Both the position numbers and the translations under genes were made by a program. The notes under the pieces were generated by a model, which worked only from the letters and a program-made list of their open reading frames with translations, did not search any database and was not told the origin of the DNA. Positions 1 to 11,200 of a stretch of 64,000 nucleotides of DNA are shown here, piece after piece. Source of the DNA: Bugula neritina. Lineage: Eukaryota; Animalia; Bryozoa. The stretch lies in the NCBI GenBank assembly GCA_964035545.1, contig OZ037765.1:20336995-20400994 (forward strand), written 5' to 3'. Each line of letters starts with the position of its first letter. Position 1 is the first letter of the stretch.

Positions 1-483
1 GAGAAAATAGCTAATAAATGCTATAGAAGGTTGATGCGAAGTTTATTATACTGGAAGTCTGCACCTTCACTTAGTTTAAGTATCTTCACAAAACAGATGG
101 ATATTAGAATTGCAGTTTATTACCTCTCACAGGAACTGCTGGTACCGCTTACTTCATATCTAGATTTAATTTATAATAAAACTTAGTAATTAATAGGCTA
201 ATTAATCTAATTACTAAAGTCTTAAGTAGTAGGAAGTGGAAGTCTGGTTTAGTTTGGTAATGCTCAAATATTACAATTAGATAAATCTTAGTAAATTTTT
301 ACTTAGCCAGTTAAAGTTTGCTTTATTAGTAGGCTATTTGAAAACACTTGTAAAATATTGTACAGAGGCAACCGGCAGGCTTTTATTGGACAAATCCGCT
401 GATAACCAAGCAGTTAGCTAGCTCCAGCATAAAATTCTACATGCTATAAGTTTAGGCTTTAAATCAAGAAGAAATGTGATGAC

Positions 484-3400
484 CTTATTTCGTAACTCCT
501 GCTGGCGTAACTTCTCTTCCTGTGCTTTTCTCTTTCTATTGCTTTCTTCATGGAGTCGTCTCTCCTCAGCTTCAGCACGTTCCAACTCCTTTTGTAACTG
601 CAAGAAACACATTCACCACTGTTTATAAGCAGGTAATTACAGTATCAACCCTATGGCGGTTTATAAATCTAGTTAAATTAATGATTGGCATGTACTAATG
701 CAGCAGCACCCTACATTTTTGACCAATATTGAATGACATCAAAACAATAACATCTGGTAGTGTTCTACCTTCCACGAATCTAGTTTCTGTAACTTATGCT
801 GCCGCTCTTTTTCCATAAGACTCTGCTGCCTCTCGGCCTGTCGCTCTGCTTCGCTGTCTGAGTCACTCAGTTCTTCTAAAGCTTCATTCTTCTCTCCCTA
901 CAAACAACAAACTTTAGTAAAATAACATAAGATGGGTTCATATGTTGTGAAAATACTAATGACAAGCATTGCCAGAGCGCTTTTGCATATTTTGGATATA
1001 AATATCAACTGATTTACTTGCGCATGGTAAAGCTTTATTCATTATTTCACAGACCTACTGTTTAACTGGATACAAAATACTAAAACTATCTATCTATCAT
1101 CTAATTAGTTTCTATTTTCATTGACAAACAATTCATGATATCAAAGCTCAGCTACTGTATTCAGTTAATAATTGGGTGTACTTGTTACATTACTCAAGAT
1201 AAATTGTTCACCGATAAACCGTGGATAATATTTCTGGGTAAAATTTTTCATGTGTTTAGGGCAATACTGTTTACCAACTAGAAACTGAAAACCTTTAAAC
1301 CTTTTTCTTTTCTTTCCAAGTTTTAATTGCGAGCCTTTTCTCTTCCTGCCTAGTGAGAAGCTCTCTGTACCATATCTCATGATCCCTCACTTCATTGGCA
1401 GTCTTTGTTGGCAGCCTAGAAGTTGCCTCCCTTAGAAATTGGTCTTTCCCCTGCAAGTAGTGAACGCATTAGTCTAGCTAATGACAGAGATCTATGTTGG
1501 TTTGTTGTTATGCCTAAGAAAAGCCAATCAGACATTATTAGGGAATCTACCTTGAACCGAACTCTCCACTTGAGAAAGGTGTTGTGGTCATACTCGTCCC
1601 AGCCACCCCTGACACCCCCTGTATCTTCTAGAAATTTCTGTAATCATTCATATTTGGCATACAATATAAACAACAGTAAATAAACTTCCCTAAAAAATTT
1701 TGTCTTACAAAACGTTCAGCTGACAGAGAGGTCACAATAAATATAAAAATCATAAAAACTTAGAAGACATTTAGTTTTTCTCTCAGTTACTATCAATGCT
1801 TCTTTTGCTCCCCTTCAATTTATTTACCAACTTGGTAAAAGAGAATTTTTTAGTCATAGCCAGTAGAAATAAAAGACACATTACAAGGTAGAGACTTACA
1901 GTATATTGTGCCACCTCAGGTGGCAGATTGCTAGTGACATCCTTAGCACCAGGTGGCTTAGAGGTCAAAGGTCGAGTGCTTGGAACTCGTTGGTCAGTCT
2001 CTGGCCATGATTCAAACTTCTTTTGTAAAGCGTTGACCTCATGAGAATGTTGGACTTCAGCTAGCATTAACTCTTCATATCTAAGCAAAACACATTTCAA
2101 CTTTTTCTATACATATAATTTCAACATCTGCACCAACAAACTCAAAACTCCTTTTACAAAAGCTGCCAACTAATGCAAATACGTACGTTTCCCTCTGGGC
2201 TTCTTTAAATAACATGATACTGCTTTCTATTTCTTCCATAATTACCTTGAGAGTCTCTAAAACTAAAAAGCATAGGTAAAATTCAATAAGTCAATATATT
2301 ATTTTTGCTTTCACCAATTTCATTGGCCTGCTTAGGAGTGACAAGCAAGTTATGATTAAGCAAGCCATTAGAAGAGTGTTGACTTAAAAATTACAACCAA
2401 AAGGTAAACTATTTCACAAGTCCTAGTTGTCCATCATTTACTTCAGCAGGATAAGATAATTTACTCCATTCATACTAATAGCAAATTTGTATTTCCACCA
2501 ACCACTAAATCATTGAACCAAGATACAACTACAAAAATGTATATTTATACAAAAGCATTTAAAATGATTATTCAATAGGATTTTAACGATTCATACAAAT
2601 AAATGACAAAATTAATTTACTCAACTCTCTCCTTATACTTGATTGCAGCATTTGAATACCAGCCCCCATACACTATAATAATCTTCTATGTAAACCAAAA
2701 GCTATATGATAGATCAAAACATTTTTATAGCAATACAGACCAGGGAAAGTTGTTTGACAAATCAAATAGAAATGCCAATGAGCCATGGAAAACCAGTGGT
2801 CAAGTCAAAAATCCTGTATTTTAAAAGTATAGTATAGCTTAGACTAAATGAAAGCTCATAGTGGTAACATTTCAACCAGGTTAATTAGTTGGAATACGGA
2901 TGGATGCTATAGTTAGATGTAATATTAAATTATAAAAGTATGTATGTAGCAGTATTTGTTATAGTCTATGTCTTACATTGAGGCGTTGGTTGAATGTTTT
3001 TCAGCTCATCATGAAATCTGCTCACCATTGACTTAAGCTGATAAACTTCCTTCTTGCATCTGATTCCTTAAATAAGAACACTAGAGTATAAAAGTTCAGC
3101 GAATAAAATTTCTTAAATTGCTCAGGTGAAAAAGCGGTTCACTAACAACAGGCTAACAAATAGCAGTTCTTACTTGAAGCTGCAGCTTACTAAAGTATTA
3201 CTCAAACATAAAGCTACACACGATAAATTTCTTTAATCAATTATTATAGATGGCTGGTAAGAACCTTTTAGAAATTGGAACTATGTTCCAACTGCATGTT
3301 TCTTATAAATTGTAATATAATTGTTTTGTTATAAAATAACCAAAAAATTATGACAATTGAGAATCTCAAAAATAAATTCTTCATGAATGACTAGCTAATA

Positions 3401-4245
3401 GATTCATTTATCTTCAGAAAAAAAACTATTTCAGTTCAATGAAATGGCAAACTAAAAAGTTGTCTTTTATTTTTCTTTTAGATATTCCATCAGGGCTGAG
3501 TATAATTTAGGACTACTTCAACTTTGCCGCTAGCTTCTAACTTGAAAACAGAACTTGAGGGCATTTATAATAAAAGTTACTAAATATAGTTATATATATC
3601 TTACTATCTTTATGATATGCCTGTGCATACTTAATATCACTTTCACAAAGTTCTTTAAATAAGCCTGGAGTCTTTTTATACAACTGAGCATCTTTTTCTT
3701 TTTCAAGTGCTTCTATTCTACAATATTACTATCATTTTAATTATTAGCATTGATTGATCAATATAATACAAAAACACACAATACGTGCTGTATATATATG
3801 GCGTACATATACATTGTACATATATACTGCACACACACGCACGAACACGCACACACACATATATAATATATGCAATCACCAGAGATAACATGAGATTGCG
3901 CCAAATGCAGGTTAAAGATTTTCCAGCTCAAAGTTGTTTCATGAATTAATTAGCTTTACAGAACTATAAAAACTACAAGATTTGCTAAAATTTTAACTCT
4001 TGAATCAATAACTTCAGACTGAGGGACTATAAGATTTCAAACTTCAAATACAAAAACAATCACTAGTTGCATTTGAAAAGTAGCAATCCTATTAATTTAT
4101 AAGTTTGTTATAATATTATTAATCAACGTTTAGCATTTCAGACTATACAAAATAAAAATCACATATAAAATACACAACATACTTACCTTGTATCTAACAT
4201 ATGAATTTCTTTAAATGCATTTTTTGTGGTTGCAACTTTAGCCAT
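484..4245 (-). CDS. CCDC112: Coiled-coil domain-containing protein 112-like (9 coding exons in window; 3' end continues left of position 1)
   Basis: Exons 4245-4187, 3717-3605, 3066-2977, 2262-2187, 2080-1900, 1637-1551, 1450-1301, 897-769 and 597-484 join in frame with GT-AG borders. The translation includes LKNIQPTPQFLETLKVIMEEIE, LPPEV, KFLEDTGGVRGGWDEYDHNTFLK and LPTKTANEVRDHEIWY, matching motifs I recall from CCDC112 (LKDVKPTPDFVEKLREMMEEIE, KFLQQTGGRQGAWDDYDHQNF). No stop codon was found in the window. Confidence 0.88.
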
Positions 4246-4401
4246 CCTATCATTAGTAGAGTTCAGTAACGCAATTTTTGACAACTTTATGTTGCACTAA
4301 AACAAATTATCAACTATAAAACTAAATCAACTTGCATACCTGTTATACTTTTAAATTTATAATAATAGTATTAGTTATTACTTACAGTTATAGATTATGG
4401 G

Positions 4402-4553
4402 TTCATGTCGTTTCGTACACAAAATGGTCGTTTTGTGAACAAATGGCTGTACTCAAAATGAATAATGAATTGACCCCAAACCCAAAAAATAAATAAATAT
4501 AAAAAAATATACATTTTAGTTAATTTATATTGATGACTACGAAACGACCTGAA
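4402..4553. mobile_element. Small MITE-like element with 16-bp terminal inverted repeats, just upstream of the CCDC112 start
   Basis: TTCATGTCGTTTCGTA (4402-4417) versus TACGAAACGACCTGAA (4538-4553): reverse complements with 1 mismatch. The interior is AT-rich and non-coding. Confidence 0.55.
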
Positions 4554-4599
4554 AAAATGGGCATTCATAGACTATAGAGTTAAAGTAAATTTAAATGTA

Positions 4600-5050
4600 A
4601 TACTAATACCAACAGTAATAGTTATACTATTACTAGGTATTAGTATTAGTAAACTACTAGCATTACATTTACACTTACTTTAATTAAATTAAGATATATT
4701 AAAAAGTAGTTATGGTAAAAAGAATTTAATTTAGGTTTAGTAGTAGTAATACTTGCACTATCACCATGTGCTTATTCTGATTAGTATAAGACATAAGTTT
4801 TAGTATTAGTATTACTATTAGTATTAGATTTAGTATTACTATTACTATCAGTATTAAAGATTTATTTTTAAATGATTAAATTTAATATTACAATTATTGG
4901 TATTACTATTAGTATTACACTATTAGTTAGTAGCTACTATGGTTATTACCAAGTTTAATAAGTAATAGTTATACTAAGTTATAGTAGCAACTGAAAGAGT
5001 AATACTTATACAAATAGTAATAGTAATACTTAATCTTATACTCATACCGA
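4600..5050. repeat. Degenerate (TAGTAT/ATACTA)n low-complexity tract
   Basis: Repeated tagtat/tattag/tactat hexamers. Confidence 0.7.
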
Positions 5051-5192
5051 TACCTGTTGAATTTTTCTTCACACTAAATCACCCTGTTGGGTAGAAGGGG
5101 TGTGCCACATTTTTAATCATGGGTTACATGTATGTACTTGTGGTCAGTAAAGATATTTAAAAACATGTACAGTGAATGCAAAACAGGTGTGC

Positions 5193-5560
5193 TTAGCCTG
5201 TTTGTGGCAAGAGTGCAGTAAGGGACTGCGCTTTGGTTGCTGTAGTTGATCCAATGTTTAAATTGCTAATTGTCTGTGGTAGAAAACTATTGTAATATCT
5301 ATTTTGGTTGGCACTGGTAGAGTGCGGCATTCCTTGAGCTTGAGACCTAGTCTGAACTGTTGACAATATTTGTTTAACCAGGTAGTCATATGATTCAGTG
5401 AGTGCTGGGTGGTATTCCTCTTCAGCTAAAATTTGGAGAAGCAAACTGATGCGTTTACTTCTTCTTTTGAATGCTAATGGTATTATTCCAAGCTTTTCCA
5501 TAGCCAAATTCAAATCTGTCCGCCCTTTTAGTTTTAAGCCGCATATGCAGCGATGGTCAT
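5193..5560 (-). mobile_element. 3' remnant of a CR1/L2-type non-LTR retrotransposon ORF2
   Basis: Minus-strand translation ...MEKLGIIPLAFKRRSKRISLLLQIL...TRS...YYNSFLPQTI resembles the conserved C-terminal tail of CR1/L2/Crack RT proteins (L..L..RR....L..L...TR...YxNSFFPRTI). No RT core is present. Confidence 0.6.
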
Positions 5561-5804
5561 AGTATTTCTGTTACTTAATTAAGTATTAGTATTACTATTG
5601 GTATTGTGATAATTTTGTGGGTTGAATAGAACTATTGCCTGAACATGCTCTTTGTTAGAGAGAACAAGATGTGTTGTACAGTTGAAGCAATCTTTATTGA
5701 GTAGAATAATATAATACTTAAGGTCCTTTGCCAGTGAGCTCCAGTAGTAGACTGAACTACACTAGAACTTGCTGGCTTTTATATACAGCAAGAGATAGGG
5801 TTTT

Positions 5805-5991
5805 TCCTTTGTTGCCGATATCGGACTTCCAAAACGCCGACCTTCGGCACTTCGGAAGTCCGAAACGCCGAATTTCGGCGTTTCGAAACACCGACCTTCG
5901 GCATTTTGGGGCTTTCGGCAGCCCGAAATGCCGACTATCGGTATTTCGGCATTTCGGAAAGCCGAAATGCCGATCTCGGGCAACAACAGGA
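5805..5991. mobile_element. GC-rich foldback/MITE made of nested CCGA/TCGG palindromic repeats
   Basis: Ends TCCTTTGTTGCCGATATCGG and CCGATCTCGGGCAACAACAGGA are imperfect inverted repeats. The interior repeats GCCGAAATGCCGA, TCGGCATTTCGG and GCCGACCTTCGGC. Confidence 0.7.
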
Positions 5992-6119
5992 GAACATAAA
6001 TCAAACAAACACATGCAAAAAATCTACTACACAATTACAGCATTAAAACGATACGCAACAGTATTTATAATACTGATGCACGCTGTTATTTCAGGACAAT
6101 AGAGGATGAGAATCCATTA

Positions 6120-6400
6120 CAGTATTCGTCATCTTCGTACTTATACTCATAGTCATAGTGATAGTGAGTTACTGTAACTGTTAATCGTAGACTCGTACTT
6201 ATACTGATACTCATACTGATAGTGATACTTATAGTCATACTGATAGGCATTGGCAATGGCATATGCCATATACTTACTCTTAGTAATTGTAATTTTAATT
6301 TATATTGATATTCATATTGTGATATTCATTATCATTATGATTATCATATTCATATTGATATTCATATTCATATTGATATTGTCATGATATTTAAAGTCAC
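6120..6400. repeat. Degenerate hexamer tract (ATACTC/ATAGTG/ATATTG)
   Basis: Visible 6-bp periodicity. Confidence 0.6.
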
Positions 6401-6438
6401 ATTATTTACAATTAGTTTTTGCCTTACTAGAAATATTT

Positions 6439-6570
6439 TATAAGCAGCTCCGAGTTAGGGGCGACTCTGTGCAGTAGTTTAAAGTTCTCAAGTCTAGAGT
6501 TGGGGTTTCAAACCTAAATCCCAACTCCAAACTTGAAAATATCAAATAACTGCACTCGGAGCCGTTTATA
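6439..6570. mobile_element. Foldback/hairpin element (MITE-like)
   Basis: TATAAGCAGCTCCGAGT pairs with ACTCGGAGCCGTTTATA. TGCAGTAGTTTAAAGTTCTCAAGTCTAGAGTTGGGG pairs imperfectly with TCCCAACTCCAAACTTGAAAATATCAAATAACTGCA around a short loop. Confidence 0.6.
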
Positions 6571-6959
6571 GAAAAACTCTTTTATTATTATTAGCATTAG
6601 AATAATTATGTTTGACGCGGTTTTAAAGACAGCTCGGGTGGGTTACAGCTAACTTTGCTGCACTAAAAATAATATATTTTCTAGTTCATTAGCTAATTCC
6701 CAACAATATCATTGTATAACCCAATGAAATACGCTATCTATATATTCCAATTCAGTGATTTATTCTATTTTAGTAGTTTGACCAATAGAAAGACATATCC
6801 GGTGGTATTTGGTCATCCAAAAAATGAAATATTAACACGCTGCCCATTACCATAACAACAGTTACTACAAGTGCAAGTTGAAGTTATTCATATTGACAAT
6901 CATAATGATAATCATTATGATAATTGAATTACATTAAGTTTAACAATAAATAATATAAG

Positions 6960-7165
6960 TGAATTACTATTACTATTAGTATTATTATTACTATTGCTAG
7001 TACTACTACTGATAGTAATAGTAATACTAATACTAATAGTCATAGTGATAGTAATACTAATACTAATACTAATACTAATACTAATACTTTAATAGTGTTA
7101 CTGTAATACTAATACTAATAGTAATACTAATGGTAAAGTAATACTAATGGAGTAATGGTAATTTA
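6960..7165. repeat. (TAATAC/TAATAG)n hexamer microsatellite
   Basis: Runs of taatactaatac and tagtaatac. Confidence 0.8.
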
Positions 7166-8205
7166 TTTTACTCTCACATTCATTCTCATTCTGTCTATAT
7201 TTTAATTTTGAAATTTAGTCTATATGTAAATAATTATTATTATAAACTATTGATATTTACTGGCAGATTCAAATTATTTGACTCTAGATAAAGTATTTAA
7301 GCATTGACTTTACTTGAGTATTTTTAATAACTTGGTTTAGTTAAAATTAAGCTCTTTCATAGTGAGATGAAGAGTATCAGTATCAACAGTGACATAAATA
7401 TTAAATAATTATAATTATAATGCAGTTATTCATGCCACAGTAATGACTCAATGAGTAATGTTTTTAAATAACTAGGCTTTTAAATAAAGCTAAAACTGAA
7501 ATTTTAAATTAAATATTTGCTATATTGATATATGTGTAACTATTTCTTTTGTCATTTTGTGCTATGTGTCTAATTTTTCACTAGTTACAAATTTGAAAGT
7601 TATATCATTTTAATAATTTCTAAATTATAGGAAAGTCTAGTTCACAAAATGTATGGTGTCAGTTAATTTTACACAAGACATCCATAAGACAATTTTACCT
7701 TCTTTTATCATGAAGTTTATATTTCTAGTTCACTTTTTTATATTAGTAAATAGATTACATAAAGAAATGCTTAAGTAATTGAAGACTTCTACTCATCACA
7801 TAATATTTAAACTGTGTAAGTTTTATTTAGTCTTTTTTGAAAACATGTGCTTATACAGTCAACGCTAAGTTAGCCCACATATTAAATAGCATTTGGTTTA
7901 CATCAAACTGACTTAGTTTAAAGTATAAACATACTTTGTTATCACTTTAAAATTTGGCTTTTTAAAAAACTCCAGTGTTTGAAAACATTAGTAAAATATG
8001 GAAGTTCTGACTTTCTCTATTCACATATTCACAGATGATCACAGTTTATTAGCTGTTCAAGGGATGCTGTAAAGAAGTTTGGAAAATAATTTTTATGTTC
8101 ATTTTTTAGGGTGATGGAGAAAATACACAACCAAAAAATGGGCTATGTAGTTAATCAGGTGCTTGAATAAACTGATTGGGATTAAAAGCAGTTTAATTTG
8201 TCTTA

Positions 8206-11200
8206 ATGGCTGACACCAAGGGATTGGAGATGGCTCCTTCACCTGATCTTGAGGCTAGAAATGTTTCTAACGAGAAGGTGAATGGAATAGAACATGAGAC
8301 ATTACTTGGTAAGTTGATTTTTGCAAAGTTTTGAATGGATACTTTTTATTAATCATTACTTTCAAGCCTTGTCAATTCAAGATATTTAGGTTTTCTCTTT
8401 GTGGGAATTCGTTTAGAAAACTTAGGTAAAGAACTTCTGGTGAAATGCTCTCCCAACATTTCCTGTATTTTTTCAAATGATCAACCAACTTTCATTGGTA
8501 GATTACAATTTTATTTTTGCTTCAATTAGCCTCATAGCAATTAGTCACATATTTCTTGCAAAAATTGAAGGACTTTGTGAACAACCTGGTAAATAATGCG
8601 TTCGCCGTTGTATTCACTCTGGTTGCAACAAAGCGCTAGGTTGTTTTTCTCTGGATCTAAAAGTTTTCAAAGTAGATGCGTTTTACCTGCAGTCCCTGAT
8701 AAGCTTGACACAGAGGCACATTCGGACAGACCTGAGGGACCAGAAACCAGTGGTTGTAGTATGGCCATTGGGAAAGTACAGTCCTCTGTATCCAACTTTT
8801 TCTCTCAGCATAAGGCCATTCTCACAAAAGTATGACTACTGTTGGTAACCAACTGTCTGGATGTTACAAAATGTTCATTATTGTTGTATAAAATAATAAT
8901 TTAGTTTTGGAACTGGAATTCTTAATATTATCTGTAGATTTACAAAATATATTTTTTTAGAAATAAATATCACAATGAATGCTAAATGCTGTGTTCACAT
9001 AAGTTTTATACATATTATGTTGGTCTAAAATTTAATAATATTAATTTAATTGAAAATCGTAATTCAATTTACAAAAATATTTTTTGAAAATGCTCATAAT
9101 TCAAATTGGCTGCTAACTGTGCTATTAAACTTAACTGCTTTCCACACACCATTCAGTAGCAAGTGTAACTATACTTTTTGCTGTTGTAGGGTGTTATCAA
9201 ACTAAAAATACCCTACAGTTTTAGTGCTCTATGGTTGTGCAGGCTGTTATCATCTACACATCTGTATGCAGGTATTCTGGATCCTCTTGACAGTTCTGTA
9301 TTCCGCGTTCTTGGTCTATGCCTGCTACCTGGATATAGCCAGAGCCAGAGTATTGATAATCCTCACGTGTCTCACTGCGTTTGTGTTACTTTATAAAATG
9401 TTCCGATCAAGCTGTACTGAGAAGTTTATGGAGACTTTCTACAACCCCGTGAAGAGGATCGTAAAGCCAAAATGGAATATAATTAAATGGTTTGTTATTT
9501 ATGAAGTACCTACAAATCTTTGATATACTGTGTTAGTACAGTGTTCCCTCCGTATCTCACTAAACTGCGGGGTCCCGAATCCTCGATTCATACCAGAGTG
9601 AAATACCAGATTTAACTCACGAATTTATTAAATTCGGTCATTTTGTCCCTATGTGCACATACATAAGCCTTCTCATGACCTATGGATTAGTGAAATATTG
9701 AGGGAGCACAGTATAGTAAATGTGAACCTAAAGCTGGCTGTTTCAGTTAGTTACTAGAAAAATAACTAATCATAATATTATGCTAAGTCTCATTGATGCT
9801 TTCAACGCTTCAATACTTCTACTACCAGTGCTTTGTTATATCAGCAGACTAATTGGTTTGAATCAAACCTTGGCCCTGATTGAATGATTACATTATATTT
9901 ACTCATTATTTGTAGTAGTAGTAATTTGTCTTTGAAGAGTGCTCTCTCATTAGTTCTATTCAGTATGCTATTTGTTTTGCAGTGAACAGGTAATATTAAC
10001 ACTGCAAATTAAGGCAATGTGTTAATTACAAGCAAGTTGTTCAGTTACTACTATATGGCATATGAAATTAGAATGTAGTTCACTGCTCATAGGTTTTTGT
10101 TATGCACTAGTACCAGTAGCCTAATATTGAAATGCTAACATGATAATATATGTTGTAGCAGTTCATCCTAACTATAAGTTTTTTCATTGACCAAATGCTT
10201 ACGTCGGCAACTAATCTGTGCATGTTTGCAGTCTAGAATCATGAATACAGTGCTTTGTTCTAGGAATATTTCAAAATTCTGTGTTTAGGGATAAATATTT
10301 GATCTTTTGAAGATAAAAAGTAGGTGTTGAAAATTTATACCTTTCATTGAAATTTATGGTCATTTAGAATTCAAGTGTTTCCCTGATCCACATTCTTACA
10401 AAAACTTATCTATAAGCACTGATGTAGCAGGCAAGCCGGCATCTAAAGTTTTATCAGTTGACAATATGATGGCAGTCTAGGGCAGCATTATGTGTTGTAG
10501 AAAGTTATTGTTGCGGAGAGTAATGAGCAATCTTAATTTATCCACTACTGCTCCTAAGTGCCCTATTGAGGGCGTATTAATATATTACTGGGTAAATTTA
10601 GTATATGTGACTCTTTTTTGTGCTTGGCATTATTTTTGCTCAAAGAATGTCATGAAGTGATTAAAGAAAGCTACCTAGGTGTAAATGGGCAAAATATTTT
10701 AATATATTTCATGAATTGCAAGAAATTTTTAGGCAATTTTTCTACGTTTGGCTATGTACTGTGCTTACTGCGGTGTAAGATTACTTTGCCTCTAAAGCTG
10801 ACTAAAGTCTTAGGTATTATCATGTAGTTGTTCACTTTGTAGGGTGTTGATAGCGTTGGTTGTGGTTAGTGTGGTGGTAGCTGTAGCGGTTCTGATTGGC
10901 AAGAATACAAGTCAGTACAGGGGACTGTTGGGCTTAGTGTTCTTCACATCAATCCTCTTTCTAACATCTCACAACCCCTCCAAGGTGTGGTATAGTTTAG
11001 TAATACTTGTGAAGGCCTGCCAGCATTGGAAAGCTTGAACGCATTTATTCCCAACAGGCGTATCTATTTGTAGAAACAGTGGAAAAATGTGATTTGATAT
11101 TTTCCATGAAGAAGCTTATCAATTCTTGATGAATACAAACTTTGTTGCGAAAATGCACATCACAATGTGTCCATCTATTCCTTTTTGAGGGGATGATTTC

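Noticed and set aside
5805-5991. CRISPR-like or REP-like array
   Set aside because: Eukaryotic context, no constant repeat with unique spacers, no cas genes.
5728-6102. Three overlapping ORFs (124, 85 and 90 aa) with repetitive Arg/Phe-rich peptides
   Set aside because: Artefact of the stop-poor GC-rich palindromic element; no splice or domain support.
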